A stretch of DNA of 57,896 nucleotides, filler included, from Squatina squatina (lineage: Eukaryota), in the NCBI GenBank assembly GCA_031763465.1. It is 4 parts of 4 records of this genome, joined end to end, with 100 filler letters (N's around TTAATTAATTAA, not from the genome) between each part and the next. Parts side by side here need not be neighbours in the genome. Positions count along the whole stretch, not along the records: positions 1 to 13,424 come from JARFOE010000235.1; 3 more parts are not named here. One strand, 5' to 3'. Position 1 is the first letter of the stretch. Every line of letters begins with the position of its first letter. Positions 1-11,560 of the stretch are shown here, piece after piece. The notes under the pieces are model-generated. The model did no database searches, was not told the DNA's origin, and was given only the letters and a program-made list of their open reading frames with translations. The position numbers were made by a program, and so were the translations under genes.

Positions 1-18
1 ACCTGAAGATTAAATTTG

Positions 19-91
19 TCTCAGAACCCACATCTCCGGAGTGGAAGCTAGTCAGCCTCGAACCCGAGGGACTGCCTAAGAAGAAGAAGAT
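19..91 (+). mobile_element. RTE-clade LINE extreme 3' end
   Basis: CTCAGAACCCAC (LRTH) followed by GGAGTGGAAGCTAGTCAGCCTCGAACCCGAGGGACTGCCT and an (AAG)n tail. Matches the reverse complement of the longer copy at 6848-7170. Confidence 0.7.
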
Positions 92-494
92 CAGCACCTC
101 TGCAGTGAAGATGAAATTACCCCAATACTTTTCATACCACTTAACCAAGAGTGTGTATATTTAAGGGACGAATTTCAACCACAACAAGACCCTAATACAG
201 TATTATAGGAGCTGATTTTCGGGTGTGGTGCACATCAATGAGAGCAGTGGGAGGCCCAAACCATTTTTATTGTCGGTCATCATCTGTATAATACCAGCAA
301 GTTGTAAGCACTGAACGAAAGCTACTATAGTTTCCTTTTCCCACACTGTTCATGAGTACTGTCATACTCATCTAAAGCAATCTCACTTCTAAGTCTCCCG
401 CTTTATGTTCACCTGCTGATTTTCTTCTCTCCCTTGAAGACACTGATTCCTTGTTGAAATACGGTTCTGCAGGAACTGGTTTCTCTCCACCTCC

Positions 495-810
495 CTGCCC
501 TAGTGACCCATAGTCATAGGTGAGCCTTGACAGTGAATGTTGTTCGGCTATTTGGCCATGGGAGATCACGTCAAATTCGTGTCAGATTATGTCCTCATTT
601 GACATTGACACAGGAATTTTAGCAGGGGTCACCGGATTGTGATCCAGAGTGCAAGCCTTGTTTGATTTTTCCTCCTGAACCCAACTGCAATTCTTCCTAC
701 CACTGCCCTGGCTGAGATCAAGTTAGTCAACACATGTTGGGAATTAAATATAGGACCTGCCTGGTCTGTATGGATCAGCTTTTCATTGTATAAACATGCT
801 GAGGCATCAC
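495..810 (-). mobile_element. Old tRNA-type SINE, AmnSINE2-like family (name from memory, unverified)
   Basis: Minus strand reads CCATACAGACCAGG...GATCTCAGCCAGGGCAGTGGTAGG...AATCCGGTGACCCCTGCT...AAATAGCC...CATTCACTGTCAAGGCTCAC. Shares blocks with 3269-3505 and 44975-45172. Confidence 0.55.
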
Positions 811-1307
811 TTCATTCTATCTTCTAAGAACAGACAATGCAGGGGGATTATGAGCTTTATGGAGAAATGGCAATTTGGATTAAAAACAGGAAAAAAGCTT
901 GTTTATTAGATAATTTGCAAGGTCAATCGATGCTATTTTCCCTCAGCTCTGCTGACATTAGACAGCTGGATAGCAGTCCACCTTAATCCTTATGCAATGA
1001 TAATAAAGAGAAAATGGAAGAAAGGACACAGAAAGATTTGCCACTCCCTTTATGTAAAGAGCTTGTTGATTCAATGCGATAGAGTTTAGTAAAGACAGCG
1101 AGAGAGGAAGCGTGTCGTTGACTCGTCTGTGTGACTTGCCACTTCCTGGCCTGTCTGACGACCTGTTTGAGGTTTAGTGTATCATGGAGTCCCGCTCTGT
1201 AAGGAGCCTGTCAAGAGCGCACAGCCTAACATCCATCATTCCTCACCGTTACCAAACAGTGCTCTTCACACAAACTCCGCGGGAGAGCCGCGGCAGACGG
1301 GCCAATA

Positions 1308-1349
1308 ATGGACTCGTCCATTTCCCAGCCTCCTCCGCCAGCATCTGAG
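1308..1349 (+). CDS. Candidate first coding exon (MDSSISQPPPPASE) of an unidentified gene
   Basis: ATG in good Kozak context (AATAATGG), 14 codons, then GAG|GTAATG donor-like site. Preceded by a locally CpG-rich stretch (CTCCGCGGGAGAGCCGCGGC). No protein recognised. Confidence 0.25.
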
Positions 1350-3268
1350 GTAATGAAATAGTAAATTCATTTGTTTTTATTGTGGTGCCTTTCAGGAAGT
1401 ATTCGAGCTGTATTCAAGTAGATGTGAGCCAACTATTTTCACTGCTTCCCCCAGTGAATGAGCATGAAAGGATCATTAAAATACTTAACTTGTTAAAAGC
1501 CGAACAACTTTTATTCCAAGAGTGTATCTACCAATTGCCGAGTTAAAGCTACTTTTCTTAACTAGGTTGAAAGCCATGTGATCTTCTGATTGTAGATGGC
1601 GCACGTTGTTAATTCTGTAATAATATTTCCACTTGTCTAAGACCTTATCACTCATGTCTCAGTGTTTCACCTGGTGAATTACTTTGGAGTTGTTGGTATG
1701 TAAGAAAGTAAGCTGCTTTGTTTTGGGGCTGTATAGATAGTGGGGAAACGTTGGCCAGAAGTCCGTGCTTTTTAAAATTTCATNNNNNNNNNNNNNNNNN
1801 NNNNNNNNNNNNNNNNNNNNNNNNNNNNNNNNNNNNNNNNNNNNNNNNNNNNNNNNNNNNNNNNNNNNNNNNNNNNNNNNNNNGATTGAATTTTTTTTTA
1901 ATCTGAAAATTAAAAGAACAAATACAAATAAAAATACACGTTAGAAAAGGAAAGCATGAAAATGCTGCAATATAATGAAAGCAAAGGAAATGCAGTACAT
2001 TAAAATCCAAGCATTCTGTAAATATATAATTAATGTCTAAAATCCTCTGATTTGAGTAAATACTATACATTGTTTGCCTAGCCTTGTAGTGCCTCTTTCC
2101 CTGTTTAAATGCAGCCAGCGGTACTGCTTCATTATAATACCAGCTTGTGGGATGTTTTATAACATTCATGTGGTGAAGCTAAATGAGAGTGTCTGGTAGT
2201 ACTTTGGATCACGGCCAGGGTCCCACTAGGTTACCACTATCAAGAAAGGAAGGGACTATTTGACTTCCAACTTAGCATCATAACAGAAGTCTGGTTTGCT
2301 TTCTCCATCCATGATTGTTGGCAGTTAATAGTCAACCACTGTAGAACTGATTAATTAAAAAATGATTTAGTCTAACCATGGCTAACAACTAAAATTTATG
2401 TTTTTTTTAAATAAACAAACACAAAACACACAGCACTTTCTTCTTCCAATAGGGCATTGCTCCAAATGAAAATATTTCTAAACCCATGTTCCGAATGTGC
2501 ACTCACAAATCCACCACTGGATTGGGGAATTTGTGCCAATACCTCATGGGCTTATGACAACAGCTCGAGATTCGCCTTTCTATTTCCATGCCCTGCATTT
2601 TAACCTTGGATCTGTATTGCCAGTAGCACAAATCATTTTGAAGTATTTACTCTGTCTTTTTCTTAAAACTTAAGAACGCAAAAAAAGGTAAATCAGCATT
2701 TTCGTTTTTGTTCAGTCAGAGTTTGTTTCAAATACAATTAGGCCCATTTACCTAATGTCTTCATATTTAGGCCCAGCTTCGCTACTGGTCATGACAGAGA
2801 TGCCCCTATAGTGCAAATTAAGGAATGAGGTCATGCTCCATTTTTTTTTCTGGAAAGGAACCATTTGAAATTGGAGTTGGGTAAAGAAGCCTTAAATGTC
2901 CCATGTGGCACTAAGACATGCTTTTATACACAGTCCCTGGGGTTTTGTGGGAAAGAAAGGGACAATTCTTCAGCTAGTTTTTTCCAATTCACTACCTAGA
3001 AAAATTCAAGCTGTGTAGCAATCTGGAATAATTATTCTTTAGGCAATGGATGCAAAAATGAAATTATTGGTGGCTGCTTCACAGTAGAACATATGGATAT
3101 GTCAGTGTTCTTTGTCAAAATATGAAAGTGGGCTTCCATTCAAGGAGAGAAGGGGAAAAGAATTCAAGAGCATGCCAATTTGTACCAGTGCATGGACCAG
3201 TGGGCAATTAAAGGGTGCCATCAGCTCTGTTGACAGTCCCTTGTGGCACCACCTGGTGNNNNNNNNNN

Positions 3269-3505
3269 CGGCTGCGGAACTATGCTAGCTGCTCTCAGCC
3301 AAGGCAGCAGTTAGGGTACAACAAATGTTCTTAGCAGCCCTGCTTTAGAGAGAGGCAAAAAAAAAGCCTCGTGTCTCATCACTAATGGTTATCCATTAAC
3401 TCTTGCTGGATCATGAAGAAGCTGTGAGGCCCTCGACAGTCAAATAATCTGTTGACATGCCCTCACTTGCTAAGCTCTCAAAGGAGAAGTGGCCCCTGGA
3501 TGCTT
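3269..3505 (+). mobile_element. Old SINE fragment, same family as 495-810
   Basis: GCTAGCTGCTCTCAGCCAAGGCAGCAGTTAGGG...TATCCATTAACTCTTGCTGGA...GCTGTGAGGCCCTCGACAGTCAAATAA is colinear with the minus-strand copy at 495-810. Confidence 0.5.
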
Positions 3506-6192
3506 GTGAAACCATCTCATCGCAAGAGGTAGCACCCTCAGGGAAGGAGGGGAGTAAACTGACAACAACAAAAAGTATCCATAAAGAACTTGGAGCAGAT
3601 CACTTGTATTTATTGGTTGGAAAATGGTGTCAGAAGATTTGTAAGTTTGAAGTCCTGTATGCACTCCTGTCTAAGTCTCATAAGGCATCCCACTGAAACC
3701 CGTGTAAGCAGCAACAAAAATAGGTTTGTTCTGGACAATTTTCGGTGTTATTTTGGTTCCAGTAAGACTGTCAGCAGAAAATTTAAAAAGGGAGAAATAT
3801 TAATGTTGGAAAAAGAGCATATCATTTTCAAATGAAATGTTTCGACAACTTTTTATTTCACACGAAAAGCGAAATAATGAAACCATTATTGAGTGAGATC
3901 CTAGCGTTTGTTCCCACATGTCAACAATACTTTGGTAGTTGGTCAGCACCATAGATATAGATCCAATGGCGCCTTCACATCAAAGGATAGTAGCAAAATC
4001 AAATATTTGAAGTAGTATACAGAGAAGCAACAACACCGAACAACTAAATAATTTTTAAAAACTCTTCTAATAACCTTGAGTTCCTTGCCATGTTGAGTCA
4101 TTTGTTGGATCAGCTGCATCTAACATGTTGAAACCATGCTTATGATTCTCCAAATCAACACTAATAGTTTCTGTTTGTCCGACACCGAATTCACAACCTC
4201 TTTCCAATTAGACACACCCCACTTACCTAATGCCTTCTATTCAAACCCAAGTTCTAGAAAAAAAATGCATTATGCAATGCTTGTGGTATTTTATTTTCAC
4301 CGGCTCTTCTTGTTACATGTTATATCAATGAGGATGTTATAATTACTGCTGTAGCTCTTGTTACAATTTTAGACGTCCGCCAGAATCATTCTTGGCCTCA
4401 GCAATGATCCGTAAGTGAGCCCACGTTCCCTACAAACCCAAGTGTGGCCTTATGCTCATATTACCTAGGAACGTAGCATTGCTCAGGGGTTAAACGGAAC
4501 TCCCTTGTGACTTAAATTGCTCGCTACATTTGACACAAATTCCTTCCAGTTCTCCAAGGTTTTTAATGAACAGTCTATCATAACATGCAACTGAGACAAT
4601 GAATTATAAATTAGCTTGTAAAAGTAAATATTAAGTAGCAAAATAAATCAATACAATAGATTTCACTTAATTACAGAACATTTACTTTACACCCTCATCA
4701 TTGTCTCTACCTGCCCAGCCCAGGTTTTTGTCTCTACCACAGAGCCCTCCGATGTCTGTTTCGGTATCGATGGAGCCAGAGCCACCACTGACTTGGGAGA
4801 AGGCTACTGAATATACTTCTGCATCTAGAAATGGGACCATCAACCAACACCTACTCCCAGAGACACCAAGTAGGAAATCTTGAAAGTTGGGATACTGGAG
4901 TTCAATCTTCACAGGCCTTTGTCACTCATTAAACAAAAGCTATTGTGGCAACTGGGTGGTTTTTATACAGAACAAAGCCAACTCTGGTGCCCATCAATTA
5001 AGAATGATAATTATGCATGNNNNNNNNNNNNNNNNNNNNNNNNNNNNNNNNNNNNNNNNNNNNNNNNNNNNNNNNNNNNNNNNNNNNNNNNNNNNNNNNN
5101 NNNNNNNNNNNNNNNNNNNCCCCCCCCCCCCCCCCCCCCGGCAGCAGATTGGTGGAAGAGGAGGGGTCTGCTGCAGATGGTGAGACACCTCAGGCAAATA
5201 AAGGGTGTGCTGTGGAATCAGGTCAAGTTTCGGCACCAAGAGAAAAAGCGAAAGAGAAACTTTACAGGCAGGCACACACTTAACCCTCGAAGGATGACAA
5301 TGGGAAGGAAGAACTGCAGCATTTCACAAACCTACTTTTGTTGTTTTGCAAAAGAAACAATGCGGTGCAGCAATTGTGGAGACACACTGCCCCCTGATGC
5401 CTGAATATCCTCCTGCAGCCGCTCACATAACTTCAGCCTCCTCAGTCTTTGAAGGCGCTGCATTTTGGGACTGGGAGTGTGGGCGGCCCCGTCAGAGCAG
5501 CCCAGCCGGATACTTCAAAACTCAATCAGTTCCTGTTGAGTGAGTGTCTGGTTTACCACAAAGTGTATTCGCAGATGAAAAATACAAGCCTTCTGAGAAT
5601 TTACACAGAAATCTTTTTGCTTGCGCCCTACAGCAAGTTCCTCCCTCCCCCCAATCTCCCCAACTTCAATGAAGGGAATTAAAGGCACAGAAAAATGAGC
5701 CATGCTGACAGAAATAGCTCTGAAAGGATACTTGCACCAGGTTGAATATTACAGATTTTTTTGGGGGGAGGCCTTAACACTGAGGTATCCATGAAATGGA
5801 AACCCAGTCCGAGAAAACTAAATTAGCCCTTGAAGCCTCCACAAGCCACCAACAAGTCTGGATGTACTCCTGTTAGGAGTGTCTCTTGTACACTTTCCAA
5901 CAAGCCAATCTGGTTTCTAAGTGGACTGTTGTGAAACTTCACAAAATCTAAATTAGACCCCCAAACAGCTTTTTTTAGAATGATGTAGAAGCTCAGATTT
6001 ATTAAACTCACAAACAGCAAAGCAAACGTCAGAACTCGGGCCATGATCCCCTCCCCTGGCCCATATCAATCGGGTTTCACCGCCTGGCTTTGGACTTCAG
6101 AAGAAGAAGCTACCCTGGTTCCTCACCTCCCACACACTGTAAAGCACCAGGAAATGCTTCAGTTCTAATGAAGGGCTGCATTCTAAACTTAA

Positions 6193-6325
6193 ATCATAGA
6201 ATCATAGAATGATACAGCACAGAAGGAGTAAATTTGGGCCATCGTGCCTGTTTGAAAGAGCTGTCCAATTAGTCCCACTCCCCCTTCTCTTTCCCCACAA
6301 CCCTGCAATGTTTGACCTTTCAAGT
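6193..6325 (-). mobile_element. CR1-type LINE 3' end
   Basis: Starts with the (ATCATAGA)2 tail, the reverse complement of the CR1 TCTATGAT octamer repeat, followed by a typical 3' UTR. Confidence 0.75.
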
Positions 6326-6442
6326 GTCAGCTGTGGCACAGTGGGTAGCACACTTGCCTGAGTCAGAAGGTTGTGGGTTCAAGTCCCACACCAGGAACTT
6401 GAGCACATAAATCTAGGCTGACACTCCAGTGCAGTTCTGAGG
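6326..6442 (+). mobile_element. DeuSINE-type (SacSINE1-like) SINE 5' tRNA-derived head, cut by gap
   Basis: Pol III A box TGGCACAGTGG and B box GGTTCAAGTCC, then CTTGAGCACATAAATCTAGGCTGACACTCCAGTGCAG, which overlaps the start of the copy at 24138. Confidence 0.8.
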
Positions 6443-6847
6443 NNNNNNNNNNNNNNNNNNNNNNNNNNNNNNNNNNNNNNNNNNNNNNNNNNNNNNNNNN
6501 NNNNNNNNNNNNNNNNNNNNNNNNNNNNNNNNNNNNNNNNNNGGCTTAAGTTAGCCTTGATCTATTTGTCATAAAACAATACTGACATCTTAATCAGAAT
6601 ATCCTTTTTTCAATTCTCGATCATTATGTCACCGATGATGTTTGCTACCTTCTAATTATCTGTTACTATCCAGTAAGTTTTCCATTTAGCATCCTCGGGT
6701 GGAAAACAAACGCGTCCAGCTTTAATCCTGTTAGTTTATTTATTACATTGATTTTAAAGATACTTAAATGTCATCAGATACGAGGCTAGAATATTGGGTA
6801 ATGGAGGGGTGAGTTTTACTNNNNNNNNNNTGGCAAAGTATGAGGTC

Positions 6848-7170
6848 TGTCTTCTTCTTCTTCGGCAGACCCTCAGGGTCGAGGATGACTTGCTTCCACT
6901 CCAGTATTGTAGGTTCTGAGAAGACTAAATAGTCCTATACGGGATCCACAACCTCTGCCACAGGTGAGGCAGGTGGTGTTTGATGGGGCGAGTGGGTGGG
7001 GTGCTTGGATTGGCATATGCTCCTTCCGCTGATTGTGCTTGGCCTCCGCGTGCTCCCGTCAAAGAAGCTCGAAGTGATTGGCGCCTTCACGGATGCTTCT
7101 CCTCCAGTTCAGGCGGTCTTGGGCCAGGGATTCCTATGAGTCGGTGGGAATGTTCTCCTGGGAATCCCCA
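6848..7170 (-). mobile_element. RTE-clade LINE ORF C-terminus and 3' tail
   Basis: Minus strand translates NIPTDS*ESLAQDRLNWRRSIREGANHFE...CLTCGRGCGSRIGLFSLLRT, the RTE-type C-terminal DR..W and CxxC motifs. (AAG)n tail at 6848-6863. Confidence 0.8.
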
Positions 7171-8049
7171 CCAACTCATGACGTCTGTACATCCAGTTTA
7201 AGTACAGGGGCATTTAGATTTTATACTGAGAGCAATATTCTAACTCTAGACGTGAGTGACTTGTCTATGAGAAATGAACTTGGAGGCATTTCTTCAGACA
7301 GCAACATATCAAACATCCAATGTGCAGATTGATTTTCTTACTTCCTTCATGAGTCTTAAAAGCTATCACTGAAACGTTCTCCTCTTCCAGGCTTGTATAA
7401 GGACCACCTCATGCTGTGCACTGCTGCAGAAGATAATGATATGGTATTATATGTCGTCAGATACTGAGCTTTCAAGTAGTTCATAAAAACCTTATAAAAA
7501 AACAATGGAAAGCAATGCTTTAGACAGAAGGATTATTATTATAGTGTCTTGAAATAATACAGACTAGCTGTAAGCTATTAAAATAGATTATTGTTCTCCG
7601 GAGCCAACGTATACCTTTCAGAAAATAGAAGGAGACTTTTCCATTTGTTCCCCATATAATTTCTCCAGCTAGTCACTTAATTCAAAAGAAATACCAAGCG
7701 TGAGATGTTGGTTTACTGTCTATCACACTGCAAGTGGAAGATTTTTTTTGTCTGTGATAGACTTGTAATTAAGTTGGTGCTTTACACTTGCAAAGCGGGA
7801 GACAAAAGTTCGCAATGGATCCATTTTGAAAAAGGATTTGGACTTGATTTAAAGAAAAAAAATCCTTTTATCAATGGGGACAAACAACAACTAGAATTCC
7901 AAACAGAAAATCTGAGCTGTGCTAATGTTCAAACTTTGCTCAATTAGCATCATTTTAATTTTAAATTGTCCCATTCCTTTATTAGAAAAACTGCTGAGAA
8001 ACAAACATGCCCTGCTCTGTGATCCATGCTGCCGACACCAGGTGGCGAG

Positions 8050-8243
8050 CATAGAAGCATAGAAACATAGAAAATAGGAGCAGGAGTAGGCCATTCGACT
8101 CTTTCAGGCCTGCTCTGCCATTCAATATGATCATGGCTGATCATCCAATTTCAGTACCCTGTTCCTGCGTTTTCCCCATATCTCTGGATCTCTTTAGCCA
8201 TAAGTACTATATCTAGCTCCTTCTTAAATATATTTAATGATTT
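8050..8243 (-). mobile_element. CR1-type (HER1-like) LINE 3' end, cut by gap
   Basis: CATAGAAGCATAGAAACATAGAAAATAGGAGCAGGAGTAGGCCATTCG... is nearly identical to 38992-39130. Confidence 0.85.
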
Positions 8244-9250
8244 NNNNNNNNNNNNNNNNNNNNNNNNNNNNNNNNNNNNNNNNNNNNNNNNNNNNNNNNN
8301 NNNNNNNNNNNNNNNNNNNNNNNNNNNNNNNNNNNNNNNNNNNGGAAAGAAAACGGATGGAATCAGCTAGTTTGGAAAACCAATATTCAGGACATAATAT
8401 AATTGAAAAGCACAGAAGGAGGATGTCATCTTCATTCTAGAGTCTCTACCAGACTATTTCACAAAAATGCTGTGGTCACCAGAGGAGCCACCTAAATTAT
8501 ACAAGAGGCGCATCAGCACAAGCTGCCTTCGGTCTCCTCTCACTCCTCACAGTGAGATTTTCAAGCACAGAGTGACAGTTATTTGTTATTGATGCTTTGC
8601 TGTCTACACAAACACCTGTGCACAATGAGGTTTCTACATCACAGTACACAAGCTGCATAGGAACTGTTAGTTGATGAGGTCGGCGTAGTTGTGAATCTAA
8701 TGACAGTGCTGGTTCACATGTGGTTCAGGGATGATGCCACCAAGTGATCCTTTTAATTCCTCTAATTGCCTGACAGGCATGATTGAGGACACAGGTTTGA
8801 GTGTCACTTAACCACTTCAATCGGACTGACCCTAGGCTCACTTCTGATGCACATTCATCCAGGAATGTCTGCATAGTTTTCAATGTACAACATGGTGGTG
8901 AAGTAAATTGCTGTTTAAATATACACTACTTATTTACTGTACATTCTTTTTGTTAAATACCAGTTAAGTAAAGTGCTTTTTCCAAAACTTTTAAGTCTTC
9001 CATTTCCTTGATACAAGTAACCAATTGATTAATTAAAAGCGTATGGGCGCGATAGCCCCAGTCTAACACATTAGTTTTCCAAATGGCCCTGCTTTCTACA
9101 ATAAGCTCATGGAGTAGGTAACTCATTATTGGTGATAACTGGTAATGATTAACTTCACAATGTTGCATTGTGTACTCCTCTTTAAGTAATTGTGATGTAA
9201 GAAAATATAAATTGTGATTTTGAAAATCTCAACATTAACTAAAGACGAAG

Positions 9251-9537
9251 GGGTCCTAATTGTCCAGCGCCGGTGCCGGTTCTTTAACTGTGTTGTTGCA
9301 CTAACCAAGTGCTGTGGGGGCGCTGACCCGGCGCTGACTCGGTGCCTGGGACGTAATATCGGTAACGTGGCCAGTGCCACTGGTCGATGCCACAGAACCC
9401 CGACCTAAGCCTTTGCGCCATGGGGGCGGTGACACCAATTCCGTGGCAGATGGTTTTATGCCCAGGGAACGTCAGAAACACGTTTTAGCGCTCCTCGACG
9501 GTGCTAACAGGGCGCCAAACAAGACTAGTTGGGACCC
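9251..9537. mobile_element. Candidate MITE (non-autonomous DNA transposon)
   Basis: GC-rich island in AT-rich DNA bounded by imperfect inverted termini GGGTCCTAATTGTC / GACTAGTTGGGACCC. Confidence 0.5.
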
Positions 9538-9541
9538 TTAA

Positions 9542-9612
9542 ATTACAACAGCGACTACACTTCAAAAAATACTTAATTAGCTGTAAAGCACTACATAAAT
9601 GCAAGTCTTTCT
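9542..9612 (+). mobile_element. DeuSINE-type 3' tail fragment
   Basis: ATTACAACAGCGACTACACTTCAAAA...CTGTAAAGCAC...ATAAATGCAAGTCTTTCT matches the tail of the copy at 24138-24548. Confidence 0.7.
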
Positions 9613-9713
9613 AAATTAAATTAACCAAAATTTAGCAGCTATTAAATCCTAATGAGGGGTAACAATACCCTGTAGTGGAATGCAATCAAGCATGTAAGGT
9701 AGTGAAAGATAAT

Positions 9714-10451
9714 GGCCCCAAATTTGCTGAAAAAATTAACAGCACCTGAACGACACAGGCCGTGACTAATGTACAAATCAGCCAGCAACTTGTAGCGAGG
9801 TAGCGATACCCCATGGGTTGTGAATCACCACAAGGTGCTGGCTGATTTACGCTGAATCACCGCTAGCTTCATGAAAACAGCATCTCACATGTAACCTCCC
9901 TGTGATTTTCACAAAGTTACTGCACTTGCGCATTAATTGCTCATTCGAGTCGCCACAGAAAGTTAAGTCTAGTAATTAATAGCATAAGTACACTTTGAAT
10001 GATGTGATAATTGATCATGACTGCCAACCAACCTCTCTTGCCCAGAAAGTAAACAATTTACATCATGGAGTTTCATTCCTTCAAGTAGTGAATTGTTGTT
10101 GGAGATATTAAAAATGTCAAGTTTAAAAAAAAACTTTCTTCTCTCTATTAATCCAATCTTTCTTTACCTCACTTTATTTCTCTTTCTGTACCTGATTTGA
10201 AAGTAAATTAACACCCTTTAACTCACCCTCCTTCTCAGGCCTTCCTCTGGTTATTTCTCAATCCTTAAATCTCATTGGTTAAGGAGATACACTGTTTCTC
10301 CCATTGTTCACCAAGGTCCCAGATTCCCTGTTGCCCTCGCAGCGCCATTATCAGCTCGCACCACCAGTAACTTTGTGGACAAGAATGTTTTGAGCTGCAG
10401 GAACAAGTCTAACTAACAGGCCATGCCGCGAGATACCTCCTGCAACAAATT
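9714..10451. mobile_element. Candidate PIF/Harbinger-like MITE
   Basis: Begins GGCCCCAAATTTGCTG and ends CAACAAATTC (partial inverted match). Terminus resembles those at 30075 and 35449. Confidence 0.45.
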
Positions 10452-10454
10452 CAC

Positions 10455-11560
10455 AATATCCCAGCTGTTATGCTGAAGACCTACGCACCAAAGTTAGCTG
10501 CTTCCCTAACCAAGCTGTTCCAGTACAGACTTGTTTCTGGCAGCTAACTGACAAAGCATAAAATTGCTCGGAAATCCACAAAAAGTAGGACAAATCTAAA
10601 CTGGTCAATTTCCATCCTATCAGCCTCCTCCCAATCATTGGTAAAGTAATAGAAGGAATCATCAGTTGTACCATCAAGCAACACATTCTCATCAATGCCC
10701 TAATCACTGATGCTCAGTTTGGGTTCTGTCAGAACTTCTCAGCTCTAGACCACATCACAGCCTTGACTCAGTCATGGGTGGAAGAGCTGAATGCCAGACA
10801 GAAGGTGAGAGTAGCCACTCTTGACATCAAGTGGTATTTAGCCGAGTAAAAGCCCGAGCAAAAGTGGCGTCAAAGGGAAAATGCTCTACTGGCTGGTGTC
10901 ATACCGGATGCAAAAACAGATGCTCTAGTTGTAGGAGGTTAATGATCACAGCTCCTGAATATCAAGGCAGAAGTTCCTCAGAGAAGTGTCCTCGACTCAC
11001 CCAACATCAGCCACTTAATTAATAAACTTCCCTCTATCATTAAGTCAGGTAGAGCTGATCACTGACAAATTCACAGCATTCAGCTCCATTCACAACTCTT
11101 CCCACACTGAAGTCGCCCATGGCAGCCTACAACAGGGCTTAGATAACATCCAGGCTTGAGCTGACAAGTGACAGGTAACCTTCGCACGACATAAGTGGTG
11201 ACTGCGATGTGTAAAATTCACAGGGTACACTGTAGTAATTCAGCAAGGTTAGTTTGACAGCCTCTCCTTCATTACCACTGTGAAGAAAAAGAGCAGCAAT
11301 GTCGTGGGAATACAATTACCTTCAAGTTCAACTCCAAGTCATACACCATCCTGACCTGGATATGTATCGCCTTGCCTTCACTGTCACTGGGTCAATATTA
11401 TGGAATTTCCTACATGACACCATTGTGGGAGCACCATCATTACAAGGACTCCTGTGGTTCAAAGACAAGGCTGACCACCACTTCCTCAGGGCAATTAAGG
11501 TTCTGAGCAATAAATATCAACTAACCAGAGTCACCCACCTCCTGAATACAAATTTAAAAA
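10455..11560 (+). mobile_element. Decayed non-LTR retrotransposon (CR1/L2/Jockey group) reverse transcriptase and 3' end
   Basis: Translates with stops and frameshifts to NIPAVMLKT..., NFHPISLLPIIGKVIEGII, DAQFGF, ATLDIK and LQQGLDNIQA*ADK*QVTF (RT motifs), then FTVTGSILWNFL and a 3' tail ending in an A-rich run. Confidence 0.85.

Noticed and set aside
372-569. 65-aa minus-strand ORF as an exon
   Set aside because: Its 5' part lies within the SINE at 495-810, and no protein similarity was recognised.
4880-5404. Proline-run ORFs and the poly-C tract at 5120-5138
   Set aside because: The ORFs run through an N gap, and the homopolymer abutting the gap is likely a sequencing or assembly artefact. 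The downstream frame contains stops.
6326-6400. tRNA gene (also at 49187)
   Set aside because: A and B boxes are present, but the sequence continues directly into SINE body and I saw no convincing cloverleaf.
7391-7443. Possible small exon after TTCTCCTCTTCCAG
   Set aside because: Good acceptor but weak donor (GTATTA) and no recognisable peptide.
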